Assembly: GCA_040389905.1 (NCBI GenBank) | Contig: JAZJZK010000005.1 | Location: 1 to 64,000 of the forward strand | Direction of reading: 5' to 3' | DNA: 64,000 nucleotides | DNA from: Gemmatimonadota bacterium | Lineage (GTDB): Bacteria; Gemmatimonadota; Gemmatimonadetes; Gemmatimonadales; Gemmatimonadaceae | Shown here: positions 1-8,186 of the stretch, piece after piece | Position numbering within the stretch: position 1 is the first letter of the stretch | Layout: each line of letters opens with the position of its first letter | Notes under the pieces: model-generated | What the model was told of the DNA's origin: nothing | What the model saw: the letters and a program-made list of their open reading frames with translations, nothing else | The model's database searches: none | Made by a program: the position numbers and the translations under genes

Positions 1-55
1 TCCCTCCTGTTCCAGGAGGAATCTAACACCAAACCGTTAAGTAGACAGTATTGGG

Positions 56-412
56 ACTAGGGATGGGGGCGGGGGCTGAGGCTCGGGGCCAACCGCAGGC
101 TGGGGCGCGGGCCAGGGCCAGGGCTGGGGCTTGGGCCTACCTTCAGGCTCGAGCTCGGGCCCGGGCATGGGGCCCGGGTCCGTGTTCTCCACTACCTGCT
201 TCTGGATGCGCCAGAGTCGATATGCCGAGTCCGCAGTTAGCCCCAGCCTCGGGCTCGCGCCCGCGCCACGGGCCTGCTGGCAAGCCCCGGCCCAGGCCCT
301 AGCCCCTGCCCGAGGCCAAGCCCGCGGTTAGCTCGGGTTTGAGCCCCAGCCCGCGGCCAAGCCTGCGGTTAGCTCGGGCTCGAGCTCCTGCCCCCCATCC
401 TCAGTTATCAGC
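56..412. repeat. G-rich/C-rich long imperfect palindromic element, copy 1 (MITE/REP-like)
   Basis: The left arm is built of GGGGCT-like hexamers and the right arm of their complement. The right end ccccccatcctcagttatcagc (391-412) is the reverse complement of the left end of the copy at 6598. The left arm aligns by eye with 6610-6720. Confidence 0.8.
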
Positions 413-415
413 CCG

Positions 416-961
416 TCAGCCCAGGCCCGAGCCCGCGATCAGCCAGGGCTGGAGTTCGCTCCAGACTGCTGAGTCCTGCAGTTGGAGCGTGAGGAAGTAT
501 GTGACGACTTCGTCCCGCGGATACGACGCCACGAGAGCATCCGCCGCAGCGGAAACCTTGTCCTTCTCCTGCACGGGAACCACGACATTCTCCGAATCGA
601 TTCTGCCGTTGTCGTTCGGGATGCCGAGGGAGTCGAGAAATGCGCCCATCATGGGGCGGCGGTGGCCGAGGTGCAGGTCAACGATGTAGGAGCTGAGCAG
701 CTGGGCGTCGTCAAGGGGAAGACGAGCCGCTTCGCTGATCAGCTTGGCGCGCGGCCATGTGGCAACGGTTTGCGGACGAAACTTGAGCGCACCGGCGACG
801 GCGTTTCGCGTCGTGGTGCGTACCCATCCGTTTTCGTCATCCGCCATGCAGGCAGCGATGGCGTCGGCCTTCTCGGCCGGGGTGAGGGCCTTCCAAAGGC
901 GGCGGACGGTCGTGGACGTCGGGTCGGCCGCGAGGGCAGCCAAGGGGGGACGGAGGCTCAT
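416..961 (-). CDS. hypothetical protein
   Basis: Protein-like ORF (MSLRPPLAAL...). The ATG lies 7 nt after a TACTTT -10-like hexamer. Confidence 0.75.
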   Translation of the reverse strand: MSLRPPLAALAADPTSTTVRRLWKALTPAEKADAIAACMADDENGWVRTTTRNAVAGALKFRPQTVATWPRAKLISEAARLPLDDAQLLSSYIVDLHLGHRRPMMGAFLDSLGIPNDNGRIDSENVVVPVQEKDKVSAAADALVASYPRDEVVTYFLTLQLQDSAVWSELQPWLIAGSGLG

Positions 962-1086
962 GCAGTTCAAAGTAAGTGTTCGCTCGCCTCACGGCTCGTC
1001 CAGCGAGCGCCAGTTCTACACCTGTCCTGCCGAAATTTCAACCTTTCTCGCGCTGCCGCTGTCCAAGAGCCATCCCCCACCAGGAT

Positions 1087-3744
1087 ATGGCAATGCAGCG
1101 CCCTCTTCTTCTCCTCACCGCGTTGGTCCTGATATCCACGCGGAGTTCCGCACAGGCGCAGAATACTGCGTCTCTCACCTCCAGCCGAGCGCCGGTCACG
1201 AATCGTGTTGCCGGCGCACCCGGGCCCAAGGCCACCGCCACCGCGGCCAACGCCTCCCGGGCCACCGTCGCGCCAGTGCTCGATGGTCGCACTGACGACC
1301 CCGCATGGGCAACCGCGCAGGTCATCGACCAATTCCTCGAATACGACCCCAACGAGGGAAAGGAATCGCGCTTCAAGACCGAAGTCCGCGTTACCTACGA
1401 CGACAAGAGCCTCTATGTGCTCGCCCGCATGTACGACCCCGCGCCGGATAGCATCATCTCGCTCCTGTCTCGACGCGACGTCCGCACGCAGTCCGAGCAG
1501 CTCAAGATTCTCATCGACTCGTACAACGACAAGAAGACGGGCTTCCAGTTCATCGTGAATCCGGCCGGTGTGAAGCGCGACTTCTACGTCTCCAACGACG
1601 GCAACGAGGACGCCTCATGGGACGCGGTCTGGGACGTCGCGACGAAGATCGACTCCGTCGGCTGGGTCGCGGAATTCCGCATCCCCTTCAGCCAGATCCG
1701 CTACGCGCCCGGGAACGAGCACACCTTCGGCCTGTTGGTCGTGCGTGACATCGCTCGCACCGGCGAGCGCATCTCGTGGCCGCTCCTCAAGCGCAACGTT
1801 CAGGGCTACGTGTCGAAGGCGGGAACACTCTCGGGCATCGGCGAGCTTCCGTCGCCGCGCCGGCTCGAGATTCTTCCATACACGGTCGCCAAGAATGGGA
1901 CGCGCGACTACGGCACCGTACGCCCCGGGTTGGGCCGCTACGAGCATCCGAACAACATCACCGTCGGTGCGGATCTCAAGTACGGTCTCTCGTCGAACCT
2001 GACGCTCGATGCGACGATCAATCCGGACTTCGGACAGGTCGAGGCCGATCCGGCGCAGCTCAACCTCACCGCGTTCGAGAGCTTCTTCGAGGAGCGCCGT
2101 CCCTTCTTCCTCGAAGGAGCCGGCATCTTTTCGTTCAATACGAGTTGCGGTGACATCGACAGCGGTTGCACAGGACTCTTCTACTCGCGTCGCATCGGCC
2201 GCAGTCCACAACTCGCCGGGAACTTCGGCGATGCGACGAGCCCGACGTCCACACCCATTGCCGCGGCGTCCAAGGTGACGGGCCGTCTGGCAAATGGAAT
2301 CTCCGTCGGTCTGCTCGATGCCGTGACGCAAGACGTCGCCGGCGTCTCGATGGTCAACGGTCGCCTCGCCGCGATCGAGCCGCGCACGAACTACAGCGTG
2401 CTCCGCCTCCAGCGCGACAACACCGACGGCCAGGGTGACATGGGCCTGATGCTCACCGGCGTCAACCGCTCACTCGACATCACCGCCCAGCCGCTATTGC
2501 GGAAGGCGGCGTATACGGGAGGCATCGATCTTCGCCGCCGTTTCTGGAACAACAACTACGAGATCAAGACCTTCGCGGCGTTGAGTCAGGTCAGTGGCTC
2601 CGCGGCGTCCATCGCGTCGCTCCAGACGAACACCGTGCACGCGTATCAACGGCCGGACGACGCGATCGCCTACGATCCCACGCGCACATCATTGCGCGGC
2701 GACGCCGAGCGCATCTCGTTCAGCAAGTTCGGCGGCGGCGTGACGCGCTTTCAATCGGTGCTCCAGCGCTTCTCGCCGGGCTTCGAGTCGAACGATCTTG
2801 GCTATCAGCAGCGCGCGGACGAGCAGTTGTTCCGCAACTGGTTCGCGCTCCAGTTCCAGAAGCCGACGGCGATCTACCAGCGCGCGTTCTTCAACTTCAA
2901 TGGATCTGGACGTTGGACGACGGACGGGCTGATGCTGAGCAATGGCTGGAACCACAACAACCATATCCAGTGGAAGAACTTCATCTGGACGCACCTCGGC
3001 TTCAACCTCAACGACTACAGCACCTCGTACAACGATCGTGCTGCGCGCGGCGGCCCCGCTGTTCGGCAGTCGCCGAGCCAGAGTATGTGGGGTGGCATCG
3101 AAAGCGACAGCCGCAAGGCGGTCACCGGCGGCATGTGGGTCAGCGGTGCGAAGGGCGATGAGGGGCGTTCCTTCAGTGGCGACATGAGCCCCTGGATGGA
3201 GTTCCGGATGTCGAGCCGCTTTTCGACGAACGTCGGGGTGAGCTACAGCCGTAACGGCGACGACTGGCAGTATTACGGCACGTACGGCGCGGTCGGCACG
3301 GATACGACGCACTACACCTTTGCGCGGCTCGACCAGACGACGATGAGCTTCAACACGCGCATCAACTTCACCGCGACGCCGACACTCTCGCTCCAGTTCT
3401 ACGCTGAGCCGTTTGTCTCGAGCGGGACGTATGCCGATTGGAAGGAGATCAACGACCCGCGCGCGGCGAAATACGCAGACCGCTTCAAGAGCTACAAGGG
3501 CACGGTCGGCACCTTCGACGGATTCAACTATCGGCAGTTCAACTCGAATGCGGTGCTGCGGTGGGAATATCGTCCGGGCAGCACGCTGTTCGCCGTGTGG
3601 CAGCAGGGGCGCAGCAATTACCTCACACCGGGCGACAACGGGTATAACGGCAATTACGACGTCAGCCGCGACTACAACTCGTCATTCCGTGATCATCCGA
3701 ACAACACCTTTCTGGTGAAGTGGAGTTACTGGATAAACCCGTGA
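1087..3744 (+). CDS. DUF5916 / carbohydrate-binding family 9-like outer-membrane protein
   Basis: Signal peptide, CBM9-like N-domain (PVLDGRTDDPAW, WDAVWDVAT), NPDFGQVEAD and FFEERRPFFLEG motifs, aromatic beta-barrel-type C-terminus. Confidence 0.85.
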   Translation: MAMQRPLLLLTALVLISTRSSAQAQNTASLTSSRAPVTNRVAGAPGPKATATAANASRATVAPVLDGRTDDPAWATAQVIDQFLEYDPNEGKESRFKTEVRVTYDDKSLYVLARMYDPAPDSIISLLSRRDVRTQSEQLKILIDSYNDKKTGFQFIVNPAGVKRDFYVSNDGNEDASWDAVWDVATKIDSVGWVAEFRIPFSQIRYAPGNEHTFGLLVVRDIARTGERISWPLLKRNVQGYVSKAGTLSGIGELPSPRRLEILPYTVAKNGTRDYGTVRPGLGRYEHPNNITVGADLKYGLSSNLTLDATINPDFGQVEADPAQLNLTAFESFFEERRPFFLEGAGIFSFNTSCGDIDSGCTGLFYSRRIGRSPQLAGNFGDATSPTSTPIAAASKVTGRLANGISVGLLDAVTQDVAGVSMVNGRLAAIEPRTNYSVLRLQRDNTDGQGDMGLMLTGVNRSLDITAQPLLRKAAYTGGIDLRRRFWNNNYEIKTFAALSQVSGSAASIASLQTNTVHAYQRPDDAIAYDPTRTSLRGDAERISFSKFGGGVTRFQSVLQRFSPGFESNDLGYQQRADEQLFRNWFALQFQKPTAIYQRAFFNFNGSGRWTTDGLMLSNGWNHNNHIQWKNFIWTHLGFNLNDYSTSYNDRAARGGPAVRQSPSQSMWGGIESDSRKAVTGGMWVSGAKGDEGRSFSGDMSPWMEFRMSSRFSTNVGVSYSRNGDDWQYYGTYGAVGTDTTHYTFARLDQTTMSFNTRINFTATPTLSLQFYAEPFVSSGTYADWKEINDPRAAKYADRFKSYKGTVGTFDGFNYRQFNSNAVLRWEYRPGSTLFAVWQQGRSNYLTPGDNGYNGNYDVSRDYNSSFRDHPNNTFLVKWSYWINP

Positions 3745-3783
3745 TGGCGCGCTCACGTAGTGCGCGGGCAGTCAAGTGAGCGC

Positions 3784-3820
3784 CGGCGAACGGGCGGTCC
3801 TGTGTTCGCCGACCTTTTTT
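3784..3820 (+). terminator. putative intrinsic terminator
   Basis: cggcgaac...gttcgccg stem followed by a T-run, downstream of the 3744 stop. Confidence 0.5.
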
Positions 3821-3861
3821 CCGCATTGGTGTATTACTACCCAACGCTCACCGGAGGCTCC

Positions 3862-4095
3862 ATGTCAAAGTATCTGTTCGCGATCAGCTCAGGTCCGGAG
3901 TCCGTGCGGCAGGCGGGAATCGTCGAAAGCAACTCGTTCGAGGACGCGGTGACGCTCCTCGGAAAGAAGATTCCCGTCCAAGCCGGCGACTCGCTCGAGA
4001 TCGGCGTGACGGGATTTCCACCGGCGCGGTACCACTGTGTCGGTTCCGTGAAGAGCCGTCCGATCTGGGTGCCGGAGGGCCGCCTCGCGGCCTGA
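3862..4095 (+). CDS. small hypothetical protein (77 aa)
   Basis: GGAGG RBS before the ATG at 3862; followed by a strong hairpin. Confidence 0.75.
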   Translation: MSKYLFAISSGPESVRQAGIVESNSFEDAVTLLGKKIPVQAGDSLEIGVTGFPPARYHCVGSVKSRPIWVPEGRLAA

Positions 4096-4114
4096 TGCGG
4101 CAGGGCAGCAAAGG

Positions 4115-4151
4115 AGAAGGGCACACCGGATACAGTCCGGTGTGCCCTTCT
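4115..4151. terminator. hairpin, likely bidirectional terminator
   Basis: Perfect 16-bp stem agaagggcacaccgga / tccggtgtgcccttct with a 5-nt loop, between convergent genes. Confidence 0.8.
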
Positions 4152-4211
4152 TGTTCCGTCAAGTGAGCGTCAGTGCGGGCCGTCCAGCGCGCTGCAAGGC
4201 GCGCGGGCTTC

Positions 4212-5126
4212 TCAGTTGCGCCGTACCTCCAACCTGCCGTTCCCCGTCGTCAGCCGTAGACGGGGCCCGCCGTCACCAATCGTCGCGCGAATACGGTGCG
4301 GGTTGAGCCGGCCCTGCACCTTCAGGTCGAAGTCGGATCTGATCTCGCCGTTCCCCGTCGTCGCATCGAGCTCGCCGTTGTAGCCGGACGGCAGGGTGAC
4401 GCGCACCGTACCGCTACCAGAGCTGAACGACATGTCCTCCTTTGCGGTGAGCCGAGTCATCGACACGTCGATGTCGCCGTTGCCGGTGCGTGCCTCGACG
4501 GGACCTTCGGACGTGGAGACGTTCACTCGCCCATTGCCGGTGCCAACGCGGACCGGTCCCTTCGCGCCACGGACGTCGACGTCACCATTGCCCGTTTGCA
4601 CGCGCACGGTGCCATCGGTGTTCTCCACTCGCACGCGGCCATTGCCGGTCGTGGCTTGCACGTCGCCTCCGACATTCATGACGGACACCTCGCCATTGCC
4701 ACTCGACACCTTCACCTCGGTGCCGCGAGGCACCAGGATCGTCATGGCGACGGTCACCGTGCGACGCCAGTTGTCGTCATCGTCGTCGCGTGAGTTGCGC
4801 CGGTCATCGCACGGATTGTTGTTGCGGAAGGTCGAACAGATCGTGACGTCGCCGTTGCTGCTCGTGGAGACCTCGAACGCAACGTCGCGGATATCGCCAC
4901 CATTGCGGCCGGTGCGCTTCTCAGCGCGCATTTCAGCCGTCGAGCCGGTCGACGGACGAACGTCGATGGGGCCGTTGTAGTTGCGCACGGTGAACAGCGC
5001 GCGCGCGGGTACCGCGCCGCGCCAGGTGTAGACCGAATCGGCGCGCCCAACGAGTGTTTGTGCGACGGCCGGGGCGGGAAGGGCCAGCAGGACCAGCGCG
5101 ATGACGGACAGATGCGAAGTGCGCAT
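4212..5126 (-). CDS. DUF4097 family beta-strand repeat protein (secreted)
   Basis: Signal peptide and repeated T(S/T)GNGxV motifs. Confidence 0.85.
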   Translation of the reverse strand: MRTSHLSVIALVLLALPAPAVAQTLVGRADSVYTWRGAVPARALFTVRNYNGPIDVRPSTGSTAEMRAEKRTGRNGGDIRDVAFEVSTSSNGDVTICSTFRNNNPCDDRRNSRDDDDDNWRRTVTVAMTILVPRGTEVKVSSGNGEVSVMNVGGDVQATTGNGRVRVENTDGTVRVQTGNGDVDVRGAKGPVRVGTGNGRVNVSTSEGPVEARTGNGDIDVSMTRLTAKEDMSFSSGSGTVRVTLPSGYNGELDATTGNGEIRSDFDLKVQGRLNPHRIRATIGDGGPRLRLTTGNGRLEVRRN

Positions 5127-5287
5127 TTCGAAACGTCGGAGTGAGAGACACCGGTACGACAGCGGCTCGCGTGGGAAGGTTTGACTTGGGCCGGAACGAT
5201 ACTAGCACTGACATTTGTGCACCTGTCATCTTTTCCGTCCGAGCCATACCTTTTCGCGTCTGTCCCGCCGGCGCCCCTCTCTTGTCC

Positions 5288-6577
5288 ATGTCATCAGTCA
5301 GGACCACTCCTCGCCGCAGTAGCGGACCCTGGGAGCTTTCTTCGTCCGCCCGGTCGACGTCTCGGTTGGCGTTCGTGGCGTGCACGGTGCTGGCGACCGT
5401 CTGCGTCCTTCTCGTCGTGACGCTCCAGGCACGGAATGCCGAAGAGGCGCTGGATGAGGCCGCGGGGCACACGTTGCGCGACTACACGGGGTATGCGGGA
5501 CGCATGCTCGGCGCAGACGTGCTGCGCCGATTTGCCGAACAGCGTGCGACGATTCTCGCTCCAATTGCAGGGAGCTCGCGGAGACGCGTTCCCGCGCCAA
5601 CACTCGCGGACATCGTCAGACTCGGCGATGCGTATTTCGCCCGCGAGCTGACGGTATCTGATTCAGGCATCGGCTACTTCCGGATCGATACCCGCACCGG
5701 TGCGATCGAAGGCACGGGACGAGTCAAGGGCGAACTCGCGACGCTGCTCGCGGACACCTTGCGTGTCGTCTCCTCGCGAGGCCCGCTGGACGCTCCCGAT
5801 GTGCTCTCGATCCTGAATCGCGACGGCGGATTGAGCGTCGCTTACGCGCGTCTCCTCGATCAAGACGGCAAAGTCGTGGGAATTTACGGATACACCTACA
5901 CACGGTCGCGCGGGATCGCAGCCATCGCGGACCGCGCCTTCAAGGAAACGCCGTTGCTTCCCATTTCGGTCGCGGGCGCTCGCTGGAACTATGACACGAC
6001 GGCCGTCGCGCGGGGCGAAGTCGTGAACGATTCGTTTCTCGGGGTGCGCATTTCTGATCGGGCGGGACGCGTCCTGTGGGCCTCGCCGCGCTCTGAGTTC
6101 ATCGTCTCGTCGTCCTACCGGCAGCGGGTGGTGCTGAGTACCTCGGCTGGTGGCATCATGGTCGAGACGGCGCTACGTCCGTCGAGCGAATCGTTGCTGA
6201 TTCCGACCATCGTCCGGAACGCACAACGATGGTCGATGCGTGCCCTGATCGGGTTGACCATCCTGCTGGCCGCGGTCTCGTTGCTTGCCCTGCGCGGCGA
6301 GCGCGCCGGCGCGCGAGCCCGGCGCACCGAGGCGATGCAACAACTCGCACTCGGCTTGCGACACGAGATCAACAACGCACTAGCGAGCGTGATGCTCAAC
6401 GCGGAACTGCTGGCGGAAGAGGAATCACTCGACGAATCGCAGCGAGAGCGGATGGTCGCGATCATCGAACAACTCGATCGCATGCGCGGTGTCCTTCGGC
6501 GCCTGGAGAAGACCGACCGGTTCGACGTGGTCGTGCCGTATCTGAACGAAGGATACATGGTCGATCTATCGACCTAG
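5288..6577 (+). CDS. membrane sensor with HisKA (DHp) domain, no HATPase domain
   Basis: Two TM segments flank a periplasmic domain. The H-box LRHEINNAL is followed by only about 70 aa. Start codon uncertain. Confidence 0.75.
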   Translation: MSSVRTTPRRSSGPWELSSSARSTSRLAFVACTVLATVCVLLVVTLQARNAEEALDEAAGHTLRDYTGYAGRMLGADVLRRFAEQRATILAPIAGSSRRRVPAPTLADIVRLGDAYFARELTVSDSGIGYFRIDTRTGAIEGTGRVKGELATLLADTLRVVSSRGPLDAPDVLSILNRDGGLSVAYARLLDQDGKVVGIYGYTYTRSRGIAAIADRAFKETPLLPISVAGARWNYDTTAVARGEVVNDSFLGVRISDRAGRVLWASPRSEFIVSSSYRQRVVLSTSAGGIMVETALRPSSESLLIPTIVRNAQRWSMRALIGLTILLAAVSLLALRGERAGARARRTEAMQQLALGLRHEINNALASVMLNAELLAEEESLDESQRERMVAIIEQLDRMRGVLRRLEKTDRFDVVVPYLNEGYMVDLST

Positions 6578-6597
6578 CACGGGCCCGGGCTGATCAA

Positions 6598-6857
6598 GCT
6601 GATAACTGAGGATGGGGGCGGGGGGCTCGTGCACGGGCCAACCGCGGGCTGGGGCGCGGGCTGGGGCGAGGGCCGGGGCAGGGGCTTGCCTGCAGGCTCG
6701 GGCCGGGGCTTGGGTCAGGGCTGGATGGCTGACATCTGAGGCTTGGGTCCGGGCCCAGCCCCTACCCCCAGCCCCCAGCCCCCCAGCCCCCAGCCCGCAA
6801 CTCGGCCCGAGCCCGGGCCCTAGCCCCCAGCCCCGTCCCTCATCCCTTGTTATCAGC
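6598..6857. repeat. G-rich/C-rich long imperfect palindromic element, copy 2
   Basis: Imperfect 17-bp terminal inverted repeats gctgataactgaggatg / catcccttgttatcagc, G-rich left arm and C-rich right arm, between convergent genes. Confidence 0.8.
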
Positions 6858-6903
6858 CGGTCAGTCTGTCAGCTGGGCTGCTCCAGGCCATCGTGGTGCC
6901 GGC

Positions 6904-7083
6904 TCAGCGTATGGCGTGCCGCCCAAGAAAGTATGCCCCAGCGAGACAGAGCGCCGCGACATAGCCAGCCGGCAGGAACACGCCTTCCTGCCGACGAACC
7001 GCGATGACGGCGACGTACCCCAATACGAGCCCGGCGACCAGCAAGGCGAGGCCGGCGATGCCGGCCACCATCCGCACGAACAT
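6904..7083 (-). CDS. small two-TM hypothetical membrane protein
   Basis: MFVRMVAGIAGLALL..., starting 4 nt after the stop of the upstream lipoprotein gene. Confidence 0.55.
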   Translation of the reverse strand: MFVRMVAGIAGLALLVAGLVLGYVAVIAVRRQEGVFLPAGYVAALCLAGAYFLGRHAIR

Positions 7084-7087
7084 CCGG

Positions 7088-7441
7088 TCAGGGAGGAATG
7101 ATGAGCGTGACCTCGTCGCCCGGAGAGACGCTGACCTCCTGGGACACGGACTGCCGGTTTCCACCGATCGGGTCGGCCTGGAAGCGCAGCGACGTTGAAC
7201 CAAAAATGAGGTTCGCCGGAATCAGCAGCCGCGTGGTCGAATTCCCGTTGGCCTGGCCGAGCCGGAGGCGCTGCGAGCTTCGATAGACGTAGACCGTCAT
7301 GTCCAGGTAGGCGCGATTCTCTACCTTGAGATGAGTGGGGGCAACGGGTTCCGGAGCCTCGTCCTCCTTGCTATTACCTCTACAGGCCGCAGCCAGGGCG
7401 GTCGCACACAGCAAGGCCGACATCGTCACGAGGCGCCTCAT
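7088..7441 (-). CDS. hypothetical lipoprotein
   Basis: Signal peptide with lipobox LAAAC, then a beta-rich domain. Confidence 0.75.
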   Translation of the reverse strand: MRRLVTMSALLCATALAAACRGNSKEDEAPEPVAPTHLKVENRAYLDMTVYVYRSSQRLRLGQANGNSTTRLLIPANLIFGSTSLRFQADPIGGNRQSVSQEVSVSPGDEVTLIIPP

Positions 7442-7487
7442 GCGCCAGCCGCTTCGCGGCATTCCTCGACCGTCACGTACTCTCCGC

Positions 7488-8114
7488 ATGTCTCCTCCCG
7501 CTGTAGTCGCCGGTACAAAGCCCAAGACCTATGACGAAGCCTACTTCACCAAATGGTACCACCATCCCCGCACACGAGTTCATTCCCCGGAGTCCGTTCG
7601 CCGGAAGGTGCGCATGGTCCTCGGCGTGGCCGAGTATTTTCTGAGACGCAAAGTACGCTCGGTTCTGGATATTGGTGCGGGGGAGGGAGAGTGGAGGGTT
7701 CAGCTTCGGAAGCTTCGCCCCGATACTCGCTATGTTGGAATTGACCCGTCGGAGTACGCGGTCCGGCGGTACGGGAAGCGAAGAAACATCCGTTTGGGTA
7801 GCTTCGAGGATCTCTCGTCGCTGCAGATCCAGGGACGCTTCGACCTGGTCGTGTGTGCCGATGTGCTGCAGTACGTGTCGGATGAGAATCTGGAACGTGG
7901 CGTCCATCACATCGTTACACTACTTAACGGTATCACATTTCTGGAGTCGTATACTTCGGCCGATGAAATGGAAGGCGATCTGGCGGGCTGGCACCACCGG
8001 AGCAAGCGGCGATACTTGGCGATATATCGTAGAGCTGGTCTTGTGCCGTGCGGATTGAACTGTTATTTGCCAAAGGGTTTGGCAGAGCGTGCAGTCGAGC
8101 TTGAACTGGCGTGA
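7488..8114 (+). CDS. class I SAM-dependent methyltransferase
   Basis: VLDIGAGEG, GIDPSEYA and FDLVVCADVLQY motifs. Confidence 0.85.
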   Translation: MSPPAVVAGTKPKTYDEAYFTKWYHHPRTRVHSPESVRRKVRMVLGVAEYFLRRKVRSVLDIGAGEGEWRVQLRKLRPDTRYVGIDPSEYAVRRYGKRRNIRLGSFEDLSSLQIQGRFDLVVCADVLQYVSDENLERGVHHIVTLLNGITFLESYTSADEMEGDLAGWHHRSKRRYLAIYRRAGLVPCGLNCYLPKGLAERAVELELA

Positions 8115-8186
8115 ACCGCGGTGGAGCGACGTTTCACCGTCGGTGATGTCGAACTTGGTAGAACCCCGTCACACAGTAGTTTGACC

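Noticed and set aside
51..331. Ala/Arg/Gly/Pro-rich ORFs at 51-302 and 131-331 (and 6612-7007)
   Set aside because: They are translations of the hexamer-periodic repeat elements, not credible proteins.
5155..5182. ECF-like promoter upstream of the DUF4097 gene
   Set aside because: The AAC-to-CGTA spacing is 20 nt, longer than the usual 16-17.
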